Positions 8,143 to 17,958 of a DNA stretch of 52,532 bases are shown here, piece after piece (position 1 is the first letter of the stretch; each line of letters starts with the position of its first letter). The notes beneath the pieces are model-generated. The model was given only the letters and a program-made list of their open reading frames with translations, made no database searches and was not told the DNA's origin. This DNA comes from a virus (Duplodnaviria > Caudoviricetes): positions 1 to 52,532 of IMG/VR virus record IMGVR_UViG_3300032046_005782. One strand, given 5' to 3'. The position numbers and the translations under genes are program-made.

Positions 8143-9896
8143 CCATTCTGGCGGATTTGGTGACCGGTCAATACGTATCGTGGCCACTGGCGCGCAAGGT
8201 TGCGGTACTGGCTGCGCTGCGCAGGTTATCTCCGCCAGAAGACCTGCTCTCCTGGACGATCAAACATCGTCCGTTTCTCATGCGTGATCTTCCCCTCGAC
8301 TTTCGCTCCCATGCGTTCCTTGTCCCAATCTACCAGGATACTTCCCCCAACCTGATTATCTACAAATCCAGCCAGATGGGGGCGAGCGAGTACTTGGTAT
8401 CCTATGCGCTGCATGGGGCTGATCAGCGTAAGGCGACTGTGCTGTACGTGTTCCCGACTGACGTCCATCTGTCTGACTTCTCGTCATCCAGAATCGGGCC
8501 TGCTATCGAGGCGAGCGAATACCTGTCATCCATCGTGGTCGGCGCTGGTGGCCACTCGCGCGGGGCTGACCGGGTGCGGCTGAGGCGGATTAGAGATCGC
8601 TTCCTGTATTTCCGTGGGGCTAAGGTTTCGCCCGATGGGATGGCTCCACAGTTAAAGACGATCGCTGCCGATCTGCTGATCTTCGACGAACTGGACGAGA
8701 TGGATGTGCGGGCTCCGGAGATCGCTCGAAAGCGCCTGGGGCACTCCCGACTCGCCGAGGAGCGCGCGGTATCGACTCCTACCTATCGCAACACGGGCAT
8801 CCATGCACTTTGGCTCCAGTCGGATCAGCGGGAGTGGTTCGTAGTCTGCCCGCATTGTGGCCTGCGCCAGTTTATGGACAGGAAATCCGTTATCCTTGAC
8901 GAGGATGGCCTGGGTCGGCCTATCGCCTGGCATGGCCAGGAGGATGGGACGGCCTGGCCAGCCTGCCGTAAATGTGGCGGCAGGTTGGATCGCCTCGCTC
9001 CCGGCGAGTGGGTGCCGGCCTGCCCTGGGCGGCTGCCGGTTGGCTATCACCTGTGTAAGTTATTTTCTCCCCTGGCGAGCGTTCCGGCCATGCTGGAGGG
9101 TCTGCAGAAACTGGACGAGACGGCCAGGCGCGAGGCTACAAACCAGGACTGGGGGGAGCCGTACATTCCCAGGGGCGGGCAGTTGACGGATGAAATCCTG
9201 GATGCTGCGACTCGGCCCTACAATCACGGGGCTGTTGCGGGCGAACGATCGCGCATGGGCGTCGACGTCGGCGATCTGCTCCACGTCGTGATCCGGGGGC
9301 CTGCCAATCCCGAGACGGGCGATTACCCTCAGCGGTTCGCAGGGACGGTCCAGGAATTCGAGGACGTCGTGGTGCTGATGCACTTGTATAACGTCGAGGT
9401 GTGCATCGTCGATGGTCTGCCGGAGACGCGCGAGGCCAGGCGCTTCCAAGACTCGCTGCCGGGCGGGCGGGTTTGGCGCGCGTACTACGTCACCCAAAAA
9501 ACCGGCCTGAAGCAGGAGGCTGCGATCCAGCCAAACAAGGAGGAGGGGTTCATCAACCTTGACCGCACACGGACGCTCGATGAGATGCTGGCCAGGCTGC
9601 TGGCGGCTGCTGCCGATGCTCCCGGCGCTGATCAGGCACTGGTGATGCCGGCCCAGTCGGCTACCTGTTCCCTGCCTTGCCATGCCAAAGGCATCGAGGG
9701 TTATTATGCTAATCTGAAGGCGCTTGTGCGTGTTCTGGAAGATCATGCCAGTGGGAAGGTTGCGGTGTACCAATCCACTGGGCCTGACCACTTTGCACAC
9801 GCTGAGAATTATTGCGCGGTGGCATGGGCGCTTCCTCGCCCGTTGCCCATGCCTGACCAATCTAAACTCAAGTTGCAGAAATCTGTCTGGAATTAG
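8139..9896 (+). CDS. terL: Terminase large subunit (lambda GpA-like family)
   Basis: KSSQMGASE, LIFDELDEM, VSTPT, SDQREWFVVCPHCG, MGVDVG, DHFAHAENY. Confidence 0.93.
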   Translation: MTILADLVTGQYVSWPLARKVAVLAALRRLSPPEDLLSWTIKHRPFLMRDLPLDFRSHAFLVPIYQDTSPNLIIYKSSQMGASEYLVSYALHGADQRKATVLYVFPTDVHLSDFSSSRIGPAIEASEYLSSIVVGAGGHSRGADRVRLRRIRDRFLYFRGAKVSPDGMAPQLKTIAADLLIFDELDEMDVRAPEIARKRLGHSRLAEERAVSTPTYRNTGIHALWLQSDQREWFVVCPHCGLRQFMDRKSVILDEDGLGRPIAWHGQEDGTAWPACRKCGGRLDRLAPGEWVPACPGRLPVGYHLCKLFSPLASVPAMLEGLQKLDETARREATNQDWGEPYIPRGGQLTDEILDAATRPYNHGAVAGERSRMGVDVGDLLHVVIRGPANPETGDYPQRFAGTVQEFEDVVVLMHLYNVEVCIVDGLPETREARRFQDSLPGGRVWRAYYVTQKTGLKQEAAIQPNKEEGFINLDRTRTLDEMLARLLAAAADAPGADQALVMPAQSATCSLPCHAKGIEGYYANLKALVRVLEDHASGKVAVYQSTGPDHFAHAENYCAVAWALPRPLPMPDQSKLKLQKSVWN

Positions 9897-9905
9897 GAGG
9901 TTACT

Positions 9906-12119
9906 ATGGCCACTCCCTTTAAAGAGTTAGGGTCGACCGGACTCCCCCAATGGGGGGGAATCGTCATGGTCGAGACAGATCCATTACTGCGGGGGCAGTT
10001 GGGGTATCGCACTTTCGACGAGATGCGGTTGCAAGATCCGACAGGAATCGCGATGTATTACCTGCTTTCGCTCCCCATCCGGCGGGTCACGTGGTCGTGT
10101 TTGCCTGGCGGGCAGTCGGAGGCGGATCAGAAGGCTTCCGATTTCGCCTGGTCGTGCTTTGGCGACACTTCCCACTCCTTCAATGATCTAATCGCCGATG
10201 CCTGCCTTATGTTCGTTTATGGGTGGTCCTACTTCCACATGAGCGTGAAACGGCGGGCGGGGGACAAGGGGAAAGCAAAAAGCCAGTTCGACGATGGCCT
10301 GGTCGGCTTTCGGAAAATTGCTTTTCGCTCCCCCTTGACTCTCGACCATTGGGAGTTCGACGAGGAGACGGGGGACATCCAGGGCCTGTGGCAGTACCAG
10401 ATCAAAACGGGCGAGGTCGTGTACATCCCCCTGGGCGAATCGCTCCTGTTCCGGACATCACGCGAGGGAGACAATCCGGAGGGTCTATCGATCTTCCGGC
10501 CTGCGGTCAATCCATACAAGTACAAGAAACGCTTGGCCCAGGTTGAGGGTATTGGCCTGTATCGCCGGTGGGCGGGCTTCCCCTTGATCAAACTGCCCGA
10601 TGGTGCCACTTCGCGGACGGACGTGGCCGAGGGGGAGGTGTCTGACGAACAGCGGGCGGAGGAGTTGGTCAAGGCGATCTACGAGGACAGGATGATGGGG
10701 GCCTTCATCCCCACATCGTGGGATTTGAAGTTTGGTGGTCCAGAGGGTACAATCGACCGGACGATGGGCGACACCATCGTCCGCAAAGACGCGGAAATGG
10801 CGCGATCGATCCTGGCCCAGTGGTTGCTCCTGGGGATGCGCGAGGTCGGGTCACGCTCCCTGGCCGAGACGCTGCAGGGGTCGTTCACCCTGGCGGTGGA
10901 GGCATTCCTGCAGATCATAGAGGACGAGTTGAATCGCTATGCTATCCCCTATCTTTTCCGGTTCAACCCGTGGCCTGGGATGACGTCGTACCCTACCCTG
11001 ACGCATACGTCACCCAGGTCGTTGGACTTGGGCAAAGTTGGCCAGTACATTACTGCCCTGTGCGGGGCTGGTTTCACGATGGATGCTCCAACCGAGAATT
11101 TCCTTCGCTCGCTTGTGCCGGGGATGCCGGAGGCTCCGGTGGAGATGGTTTCTGAACTGCCCGTGGGCGGGGATGGCGAGACAGGGCAAACGGAAGAGAA
11201 ACCCAAACCTGGGAGCGGAGAGGGTACGGGCGAGACGGAGGGAGAAGGCTACTCACGGGTGCGGGTGCCGGCTGGTCGGCGGGAGCAATTTCTCGCCGGT
11301 GGCGCTGAGCGGTTTGGGCCTGTTCCTCCTGAAAGTCGGCCTGCCCAATACGTGACGTTCGTGGATGCCAATGCCGAGGCGCAAAGGCGGAATCTCTCCG
11401 GGTGGGCTGAAGACCTGGCCACAGAAGTGGCGGGCCTGGGGCCCGGGGCGGACGAGGTCACCCTGCGTTCCAAGCTGGACGATCTTCTGCTGGTCGGCCT
11501 GCTGCTGTTCCGGGAAAAGTCGGCGCTAGACATAGCGGCTGCATTCTGGTTGGGGTTCGGTCCGCCGACCGGCGATGCACGGGTGCAGGCGCAGTTGCGC
11601 GCGGAGATCTCGAGGGCGGATGCCTGGATTGGGTACGGGTCTGATGGGCGACTCTCAACCATCAATCCGGCTGGTAAGTCAACCCTATTCGGGGACATCC
11701 GTGGTGAACTGGAGGGCCAGATCGCGGCCATCTTGCTCCTGCTCAAAGAGGGGCGGGAGGACGATGCCTGGATTCTGGTGCACCAGGCGGTTGGGGCTGC
11801 GACTCAGGGGTTTTCTCGCGCGGAGTTGTACGCAGGGGAGGTCTGGCACTCGATTTGGTCGGGGGCTGTCGAACGTGCTATGATTGAGGATCAGCAGCAG
11901 GGATTCCCATCCCCTGTGCGGTGGGTCTTGGACGTCATTGCCAAACACTGCCGGACTTGCCCCAAGTTTGGAGCAGATCCTCCTGGGCGCGAATACCCAT
12001 CCGTCCAGGTGATGCTGGCGCAGACAGGTGGCATCAAACCCGGCCAGGGCACAGAGTGCGATGGTCGGTGCCGGTGTCATCTGGAGCGGTTGTCAAACGG
12101 GGTTTGGGCATGGCTGTAG
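9906..12119 (+). CDS. Portal protein (DUF935/Mu gp29-like) fused to a C-terminal MuF-like head morphogenesis domain
   Basis: Follows terL; NPEGLSIFRP and EMARSILAQWL motifs, an acidic linker, then HCRTC...PGQGTECDGRCRCHLE. Confidence 0.85.
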   Translation: MATPFKELGSTGLPQWGGIVMVETDPLLRGQLGYRTFDEMRLQDPTGIAMYYLLSLPIRRVTWSCLPGGQSEADQKASDFAWSCFGDTSHSFNDLIADACLMFVYGWSYFHMSVKRRAGDKGKAKSQFDDGLVGFRKIAFRSPLTLDHWEFDEETGDIQGLWQYQIKTGEVVYIPLGESLLFRTSREGDNPEGLSIFRPAVNPYKYKKRLAQVEGIGLYRRWAGFPLIKLPDGATSRTDVAEGEVSDEQRAEELVKAIYEDRMMGAFIPTSWDLKFGGPEGTIDRTMGDTIVRKDAEMARSILAQWLLLGMREVGSRSLAETLQGSFTLAVEAFLQIIEDELNRYAIPYLFRFNPWPGMTSYPTLTHTSPRSLDLGKVGQYITALCGAGFTMDAPTENFLRSLVPGMPEAPVEMVSELPVGGDGETGQTEEKPKPGSGEGTGETEGEGYSRVRVPAGRREQFLAGGAERFGPVPPESRPAQYVTFVDANAEAQRRNLSGWAEDLATEVAGLGPGADEVTLRSKLDDLLLVGLLLFREKSALDIAAAFWLGFGPPTGDARVQAQLRAEISRADAWIGYGSDGRLSTINPAGKSTLFGDIRGELEGQIAAILLLLKEGREDDAWILVHQAVGAATQGFSRAELYAGEVWHSIWSGAVERAMIEDQQQGFPSPVRWVLDVIAKHCRTCPKFGADPPGREYPSVQVMLAQTGGIKPGQGTECDGRCRCHLERLSNGVWAWL

Positions 12120-12331
12120 TGGGTGGGATACGGCTGGAGAGGCGCCATTCTCGCCTGCAGGACATCACGAATCGCCTGGCCTGCCTGGGGCCCGGGCTCC
12201 ACATCGTGCTGGTGGTCAAGAATGCTACCGGTGGCCAGGGTATCGTCGGCTGGTCGGTCACATCGACGACTCTCGAACCTAACGGTCAGGTACTGGTGCC
12301 GGCTGAAGAATCTTCCAGTATACCACGGTGA
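12110..12331 (+). CDS. Hypothetical protein
   Basis: ATG overlaps the portal end (MAVVGGIRLERRH...). Confidence 0.55.
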   Translation: MAVVGGIRLERRHSRLQDITNRLACLGPGLHIVLVVKNATGGQGIVGWSVTSTTLEPNGQVLVPAEESSSIPR

Positions 12332-12367
12332 CTCCCCCACATCCGTGGGGGTATCGCAGGGACGCAA

Positions 12368-12400
12368 ACAAACCCCCACCCGAGATGGGTGGGGGTTTGT
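12368..12400. terminator. Bidirectional terminator-like hairpin between convergent units
   Basis: Perfect 14-bp stem acaaacccccaccc-gagat-gggtgggggtttgt. Confidence 0.75.
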
Positions 12401-12901
12401 CTACGGTAGATCAAAGTCAAAGAGGGGGAGTTGCACTCCCTGGGAGACGATTTCTTGCTCCCATACCCAGTAGGCACATGCGTAGCAGGTTTCTCTGTGC
12501 GTGACGACATGATACTGCGGTTCCCTGGCGTCCAGGTTCACGCTGGTAATCTCGCCACTGGCCTGGTGGCGAGATGGTGTGCGGAAGGTGACGAGCATGC
12601 CAACCGCATACCTGGGGGAGGGGCATTCCTCCTGGGAGACGATTTCTTGTTCCCGTACCCAGTAGCCAGTATCACAGTTGGAATGCATGGGGTCGTGTTC
12701 AATCACGACGCAGTACTGGGGTTCATGCCCTTCGAGGCTCACAGCACTGATTTCTTTCGTGAATTGGCGTCCATCGTGGAGCCAGAAGGTCACCAGGTTG
12801 CCTAAGGCATACCTGGGGGATGGGCATCCCCCAGGTACGCTGATGCCGGCCTGCCGGTCAGAACGGGCAGGTTCGGTCGTGGCGACTGCGCCAGTAGGCA
12901 T
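12401..12901 (-). CDS. Hypothetical protein with two tandem SH3-like repeats (start uncertain)
   Basis: CPSPRYA.G.LVTF...EI..V.L...EPQY.VV...YWV.EQEIVSQ occurs twice. Confidence 0.7.
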   Translation of the reverse strand: MPTGAVATTEPARSDRQAGISVPGGCPSPRYALGNLVTFWLHDGRQFTKEISAVSLEGHEPQYCVVIEHDPMHSNCDTGYWVREQEIVSQEECPSPRYAVGMLVTFRTPSRHQASGEITSVNLDAREPQYHVVTHRETCYACAYWVWEQEIVSQGVQLPLFDFDLP

Positions 12902-13340
12902 ACCCTTTGGCGGCGTCTCGGAGTTGGTGGTATGTGGTTTCAGCATCTTCTTCCTCATCCCCCATGCCATACTTGTCCCACATGGCCAGGGCCTGGCGGG
13001 CGGCTGCCAGCAGGTCGGTGTCCAAAGTGTGTTTGGCGTCTTCGAGAACTGTGATGGCCGTGGCCAGGCAGACGCGGTCATGGTCGGTGATATCTGGTAG
13101 ACAGGCGATGCGCTTCGTCGTCCAATCGAGGGCCTGGATCACATCGAAGGGCGGCTGTTGCCTGGCTTCGTCCAGGCAGGGTCGGACTTTGGTGTTGAGG
13201 GCCTTCAGCAGTTCGTCGAGCGCATGGCGCTGGTCATCCACCTTCGGCTTTGGTGTTCCTGCGTTGGTCTTCCTACTCCCCAGGGTGGCCACTGCCAGAG
13301 CAAAGTGGGTGCTTGCACTCTCAATCTGCGTTTCCGCGTG
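12858..13340 (-). CDS. Hypothetical protein, possibly the frameshifted 3' half of 13321-13665
   Basis: Protein-like helical ORF with no clear RBS or start; upper boundary approximate. Confidence 0.55.
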   Translation of the reverse strand, partial: HAETQIESASTHFALAVATLGSRKTNAGTPKPKVDDQRHALDELLKALNTKVRPCLDEARQQPPFDVIQALDWTTKRIACLPDITDHDRVCLATAITVLEDAKHTLDTDLLAAARQALAMWDKYGMGDEEEDAETTYHQLRDAAKGYAYWRSRHDRTCPF

Positions 13341-13665
13341 GCTCCAGGACGATGGCCTGCATGGGACTGGCCAGAGCGAGGAGCGCCTTCCAGAACTGGT
13401 CCAGACCGCGCATGTTGCCAACGTTCAGTACCCAATCGCCCAGGTCGGTTTCCGAACCATCCATGGGGCATCCTGAGCGCGCGATGCTAATCGCCGTCAG
13501 GTGGACATAGACGTCGTTACCATCCACAGCCAGAATCTCGGCGCTGTACTGGCGGGCATGAGGATGGACGTCGTCAGGATTGGCGTTCACCCTGCGATGG
13601 AGGCTGACGGCCAACTTCTCTTGAAAGTATGGCGTCAGCAAACCTAAGACTTGGATTGGTTCCAT
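13321..13665 (-). CDS. Hypothetical array protein
   Basis: CCAGGAGGA RBS after element 1. Confidence 0.8.
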   Translation of the reverse strand: MEPIQVLGLLTPYFQEKLAVSLHRRVNANPDDVHPHARQYSAEILAVDGNDVYVHLTAISIARSGCPMDGSETDLGDWVLNVGNMRGLDQFWKALLALASPMQAIVLEPRGNAD

Positions 13666-13686
13666 AACGGTTCCTCCTGGTCATGA

Positions 13687-13776
13687 TGTCAGGGTTGTGT
13701 TCCCCTGCGGTAGCGCCAGGGCCTGGCGGGCCTGGGGCTACCGCAGGGGAGATGGGTGTCCATCCCATCCCCCCTG
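13687..13776 (-). repeat. Structured intergenic element, copy 1
   Basis: tgtcaggg box, then tcccctgcggtagcgccagg...cctggggctaccgcagggga, then a gatggg/cccatc hairpin (plus-strand reading). Confidence 0.92.
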
Positions 13777-13784
13777 CGCCATGG

Positions 13785-14219
13785 TTACAGGTTCCTGCGG
13801 TGAATCTCGGCCAGCAGTTCTTCGTCGGTAAAGGCGGCGAGGGGGTTGTGTTTGTTCCCCTGCACCATCTCCACCAGGTCGGCTACCTGGGCACGGATGC
13901 GTAATGCCCACCCACGTTCCTTGTCTGTGGTGGCGATGTCTGTGATGGCCAGGTCACCTTCCTGGTTCAGGAGGAGGACGTTGTAGGTGGTAGTATGGTA
14001 CTTCTGGCTACCGCGCGTAGTTGCGGTGACCAGAACCATGGGCGTGGAGACGTCCACTGTGCCGGTGGCGAGGAAGGGGCCAACAAAGGCATACCCTCCT
14101 GTTGCCAGTTCGTCGATACTGGTCACCTGCTTTACCCAAGACTTGAATCGTCCATCGTGGGGCGATCCTTCGTGGCCTGTGACCAGGGCCATCACTTCGG
14201 CGTACAAATCGCGAATCAC
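13785..14219 (-). CDS. Hypothetical array protein
   Basis: GTG start with CAGGAGGA RBS. Confidence 0.85.
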   Translation of the reverse strand: MIRDLYAEVMALVTGHEGSPHDGRFKSWVKQVTSIDELATGGYAFVGPFLATGTVDVSTPMVLVTATTRGSQKYHTTTYNVLLLNQEGDLAITDIATTDKERGWALRIRAQVADLVEMVQGNKHNPLAAFTDEELLAEIHRRNL

Positions 14220-14241
14220 AAGCTAATCCTCCTGTCTAATG

Positions 14242-14335
14242 TGTCAGGGTGTGTTCCCCTGCGGTAGCGCCAGGGTCTGGCGGAGGGCCTGGCGTTACCG
14301 CGGGGGGGGATGGGTATCCATCCCATCCCCCCCTG
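14242..14335 (-). repeat. Structured intergenic element, copy 2
   Basis: Same box, long stem and short hairpin. Confidence 0.92.
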
Positions 14336-14342
14336 GCCTGGG

Positions 14343-14597
14343 TCATCCCCACCTTGCGGCTTCCTGGTCGATGGCGTTCTGCAATCTCTCGAAGGCTGCT
14401 GCTGCTGCTTGCTTTGCGGCTTCGTAGGTTGCATAGTCGTCCATCAAGACCTGGTATGCTGCATCGACCGCATCCTTCGTGGCGGCGAGATCCGTGAAGA
14501 CGGGGTTACTACTCGATGCGATCCATCGCTTGTGGTGGGTGTCCAGTGTGGCGCAGGCGGCTTCGTATCGCGCTTTCAGCAGGGCTAATTCGTTCAT
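14343..14597 (-). CDS. Hypothetical coiled-coil array protein
   Basis: MNELALLKARY... after a CCAGGAGGA RBS. Confidence 0.8.
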   Translation of the reverse strand: MNELALLKARYEAACATLDTHHKRWIASSSNPVFTDLAATKDAVDAAYQVLMDDYATYEAAKQAAAAAFERLQNAIDQEAARWG

Positions 14598-14617
14598 CCC
14601 ATTCCTCCTGGCCTGGG

Positions 14618-15343
14618 TCAGTCGTTGGCCTTCTGACGCTCGACGTCGGTGAGGGTCTTGGCGATGAGGCGGGTGGCTGCTCCATCGCCCACCCACTCTT
14701 TCCACTGTCCATGAGGTGTTTCCCCTGGCAGGCGGTGGACTTCGACACGGTCGGTGTCCCAGTCTGTGATTTTGATGTAGAAGGAAGCGAGGCCCAGGGC
14801 CTGCGCGATGACGCTCCAGGTCCGCAGGTCGTCGGGCTTCACCAACCCCTGCTCCACCAGGGCGATGACGTTACGATTCTTCACACAGTCGAGGGCGCGG
14901 CTTACGTCCAGGTAGGTCTGGACGTCTTCCGGCGTGTACACATAGATGTACTGGGGCGGCTTGCCCCAATCCCGGAGCCACTGGGGGGCAGGCGCTGCTT
15001 CTTCAGGTATGTGCACACCGATGTGCTGAGGCGGCTGCTGCTGGTCAGGGTCTACCCTGCCACTGCCTTGTGCTTCTGCCACAATGATGTCTTCGAGTTC
15101 CTGCTTGTAGCGGGCGAGGCTGTCGACGGTATCGATGGCTCCGATGGTGTAGAGATCCCACATCACCATCGCCTCTTCATCATAGAGGTAGCGGATACCC
15201 TGCGGGGTCACGATCTGCAGTTCGTTGGGCCTGCCGTTGGCCGACAGCGAGACGATGTGTATCGAGGCGATCTGGCTCAGGTCATATACCCAATTGCCTA
15301 TGATCACCCGTTCCGTGGGCCTTGCGTTGTGTACGGTTTGCAT
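14618..15343 (-). CDS. Hypothetical array protein
   Basis: MQTVHNARPT... after a CCAGGAGGA RBS. Confidence 0.85.
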   Translation of the reverse strand: MQTVHNARPTERVIIGNWVYDLSQIASIHIVSLSANGRPNELQIVTPQGIRYLYDEEAMVMWDLYTIGAIDTVDSLARYKQELEDIIVAEAQGSGRVDPDQQQPPQHIGVHIPEEAAPAPQWLRDWGKPPQYIYVYTPEDVQTYLDVSRALDCVKNRNVIALVEQGLVKPDDLRTWSVIAQALGLASFYIKITDWDTDRVEVHRLPGETPHGQWKEWVGDGAATRLIAKTLTDVERQKAND

Positions 15344-15364
15344 GGCGGTTCCTCCTGGTTCTGA

Positions 15365-15456
15365 TGTCAGGGTTAACGTTCCCCTGCGGTAGCGCCAGGG
15401 CCTGGCGGGCCTGGCGTTACCGCAGGGGGAGAGTGTGCAGGGCCACTCTCCCCCTG
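15365..15456 (-). repeat. Structured intergenic element, copy 3
   Basis: Same long stem; the short hairpin is the variant ggggagagtg/cactctcccc. Confidence 0.92.
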
Positions 15457-15461
15457 GCGTG

Positions 15462-15956
15462 TCAGGTGCCACAGTTGCAGGGTGGCTTGGTCACCAGCAT
15501 AAAGTGGTTTGCTGACCACTGCGCGTACTGGGCGGCGTCATCCATCAAGTTGGCGGTCACGAGCGCTTCTGCATTCCGTTCGTCGAGCGCATCCACGGTG
15601 GCCAGCACATTCCCTTCGCCGTCGATGGCGTAGTACGTGAGCGGGTCGGTGGCGTTGATGGGCCATTGCGACTTGGGCATGCGCAGGAGATCGTCGGCGG
15701 AGCAATCTTCCTCGATCCAGGACGGGCGGTGTTCGCGGGGCAACCATCCCTTGATGAAGGCGATGTCACCAGGTTCCATTCCCCCCTGCTCCGCGAGGGC
15801 GCGATCGCTGCGAATGTCAGACCGCTTGGGGTCATCCGGGATGGCGTTCCCCTTCCGGATGCCACACAGCATGACCGGCTGGTCGTGTCGGTAGGATGGG
15901 TACTTGGCGGTGTAGACGTACCAAGCGCCAATGATGCGGGTGTCACCTTGTTCCAT
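15462..15956 (-). CDS. Hypothetical array protein
   Basis: MEQGDTRIIG... after a CCAGGAGGA RBS. Confidence 0.85.
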   Translation of the reverse strand: MEQGDTRIIGAWYVYTAKYPSYRHDQPVMLCGIRKGNAIPDDPKRSDIRSDRALAEQGGMEPGDIAFIKGWLPREHRPSWIEEDCSADDLLRMPKSQWPINATDPLTYYAIDGEGNVLATVDALDERNAEALVTANLMDDAAQYAQWSANHFMLVTKPPCNCGT

Positions 15957-15990
15957 TGCTTGTTCCTCCTGGCGTGATAGGTTCTGGTAC

Positions 15991-16022
15991 TTATACGAGT
16001 TAGCGTGGGAAAACTTCAGTTG
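15991..16022 (-). promoter_or_regulatory. ECF-sigma-like promoter, copy 2
   Basis: CAACTGAAG-N16-CGTATAA; takes the place of the CCCTGACA box of element 4. Confidence 0.75.
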
Positions 16023-16094
16023 TCCCTGCTGTAGCGCCAGGGCCAGGGCGGGCCTGGCGTTACAGCAGGGAGGATGGGTGGCCATCCTTCCCTG
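16023..16094 (-). repeat. Structured intergenic element, copy 4
   Basis: tccctgctgtagcgccagg...cctggcgttacagcaggga with a compensatory G-C to T-A change. Confidence 0.9.
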
Positions 16095-16110
16095 GCGAGC
16101 GGGTCGCAGT

Positions 16111-16371
16111 CTAGTCATTGCCAAACGGGGGACACGGTCGGTCAACGTCATTGATGGGTGTGTGTCCAGCCAGGGCGAGATCCAGGTCACCTGGCTCAGA
16201 CTCTGCCAGTTCGGTGGTGAGCACGAGGACGTGGCGTACTGCAAAGATGGGGTTGCCTTGCGCGTCCAAAAACTCGCATTCCACGGTGTTGGGCGTTTCG
16301 ATCTTTGGCGATCTGATCATGTTCCTGAAGACTGCTACGATTGCGACTGGTTGTCCACCATACGTGATCAT
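16111..16371 (-). CDS. Hypothetical array protein
   Basis: CAGGAGGA RBS. Confidence 0.8.
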   Translation of the reverse strand: MITYGGQPVAIVAVFRNMIRSPKIETPNTVECEFLDAQGNPIFAVRHVLVLTTELAESEPGDLDLALAGHTPINDVDRPCPPFGND

Positions 16372-16393
16372 GCTGTAATCCTCCTGTCTGATG

Positions 16394-16484
16394 TGTCAGG
16401 GTTGTGTTCCCCTGCGGTAGCGCCAGGGCCAAGGCGGGCCTGGCGTTACCGCAGAGGGGATGGGTATCCATCCCATCCCCCCTG
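16394..16484 (-). repeat. Structured intergenic element, copy 5
   Basis: Near-identical to copy 2. Confidence 0.92.
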
Positions 16485-16494
16485 CCCCTGGGCA

Positions 16495-16929
16495 TCAGTA
16501 CTGCCTGAGCAAGATCAGAATCTTACCCCTGCGCAGCAGGTCCAGGCTCTCCATGTCGGGTCGCAGGCGACTCCAACGTTCCTCGAACTGTCGGCGGGCA
16601 TCGGCGAGGTTGAGGGCGCTAACTTCCCCCAGGTACGTTCCTGCCGGGGCATAGGCTGCGAACTGGTCCAGTTGGTACGCTTCGAATCCGGGCTCCAGTT
16701 CGAGCGTGGGGTCATAGGGCGCTGGCCAGGACTGGTCGGGATTGTCGGAGCGGTACACCAGGGCGCTGTTGAAGTGGCCACAGGGCAGGGCAATGGGGAC
16801 GGTGGTACGGGCGATCCGCTTGTCGTGGTAGTGGAACATAACTTCGACCGTGATCTTGTCGGCCTTCCCGCAGTTGTAGCATCTGACCACGGTTCCTGCG
16901 GGGCGGGTGAAGACTGTAATCGTGTTCAT
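16495..16929 (-). CDS. Hypothetical array protein with a possible Zn ribbon
   Basis: CYNC...CGH; CAGGAGGA RBS. Confidence 0.8.
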   Translation of the reverse strand: MNTITVFTRPAGTVVRCYNCGKADKITVEVMFHYHDKRIARTTVPIALPCGHFNSALVYRSDNPDQSWPAPYDPTLELEPGFEAYQLDQFAAYAPAGTYLGEVSALNLADARRQFEERWSRLRPDMESLDLLRRGKILILLRQY

Positions 16930-16985
16930 TGCATAATCCTCCTGCTATCGTCTTGACTTGTCAATCGAGTAAGGTGTTGGTGTTA

Positions 16986-17056
16986 CCCAACCAAAAACCC
17001 AGGCTGCCGGGGGCCTGGGTTTTTGGTTGGGCAGGAGGGCGTCCAACCCTCCTGCC
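16986..17056 (-). repeat. Structured intergenic element, copy 6 (sequence-divergent analogue)
   Basis: Perfect 19-bp stem cccaaccaaaaacccaggc/gcctgggtttttggttggg abutting a ggcaggaggg/ccctcctgcc hairpin. Confidence 0.8.
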
Positions 17057-17075
17057 GTTGCCTGTGGCCACTTCC

Positions 17076-17795
17076 TCATTCCTGTTCCGGGTCGTCGTAG
17101 GACTTGAGGACGGCGAGCGCCTGGTCCATGTCCATCTGCACGGGCGCTTTGATGTGCAGTCGCTCGATGGCGGGCTGGCATGCCCAGTCGGAGGGGCCTT
17201 CGCGGGTGATCCGGTGGACTGGCTTGCCCAGGGTCACGAAAACGTCCAGAACGCTGTCATACCCCTGTTGTGCCAATTCGACCACGAGCATGCGCTGCGC
17301 TTCTCCATCGTTGCGGGCTAAGACGCTCAGAGTGGGGTTGCTGGTTCCCATCTTGACGTGGTCGTCGGTGTAGGCGCTGTACTCGTGGTCCTTGACTTCC
17401 GTGAGCGGGACGTGCTGGCTCAGGCGGGCATCCCACACGGTTTCCGTAAAGCGGGCCTTCTTCTTCGCCAAGCGCAGCAGGACGTCGGCGACTTCCGGGC
17501 GTTTCCAGGATTCTTTGGAATTGAGGGCTGCGCGGGCGGCTTGCGTGGCCAGTTCCAGGCTTTCGAGGTCGCGCGCGGTCACTTCGATGTCGGCTGCGTA
17601 CCATTCTGACCAGTGCTTGTCCCAGGTGCCAGCCTTCTGCTCCTGGCCTTCCTCGATCCTGTTGGCCTGCCAGACGAGGGCAACCACGGGGTTGCCATAC
17701 TCGGTGGTGCGAATCTCCAGGCGCAGGTGCGTGTACTTGTCCCATGCGCCTGGGTCTTCCACCAATACCGTGTAGAGGTAAGTTTGCTTGTTCAC
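17076..17795 (-). CDS. Hypothetical array protein
   Basis: GTG start with CCAGGAGGA RBS; 239 aa. Confidence 0.85.
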   Translation of the reverse strand: MNKQTYLYTVLVEDPGAWDKYTHLRLEIRTTEYGNPVVALVWQANRIEEGQEQKAGTWDKHWSEWYAADIEVTARDLESLELATQAARAALNSKESWKRPEVADVLLRLAKKKARFTETVWDARLSQHVPLTEVKDHEYSAYTDDHVKMGTSNPTLSVLARNDGEAQRMLVVELAQQGYDSVLDVFVTLGKPVHRITREGPSDWACQPAIERLHIKAPVQMDMDQALAVLKSYDDPEQE

Positions 17796-17814
17796 GTCAA
17801 TCCTCCTGGGTTAG

Positions 17815-17945
17815 TGTCAGGATGGCGTTCCCCTGCTGTATCACCAGGGCCTGGGGTAGTCGCTTGCCAGGGCAACCCCTGGGGCAACCTTGCAGGTTCT
17901 GGTGATACAGCAGGGGGGGATGGTTGCTGGCGCTGTCCATCCCCC
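17815..17945 (-). repeat. Structured intergenic element, copy 7 (extra hairpin in the apical loop)
   Basis: cccctgctgtatcaccagggcctg...caggttctggtgatacagcagggg with several compensatory changes. Confidence 0.9.
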
Positions 17946-17958
17946 ACTGCCTGGCTGT

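Noticed and set aside
15931-16956. 341-aa plus-strand ORF and similar ORFs crossing the elements
   Set aside because: They run antisense through RBS-supported genes and hairpins. The recurring CSPAVAPG peptides only reflect the DNA repeat.
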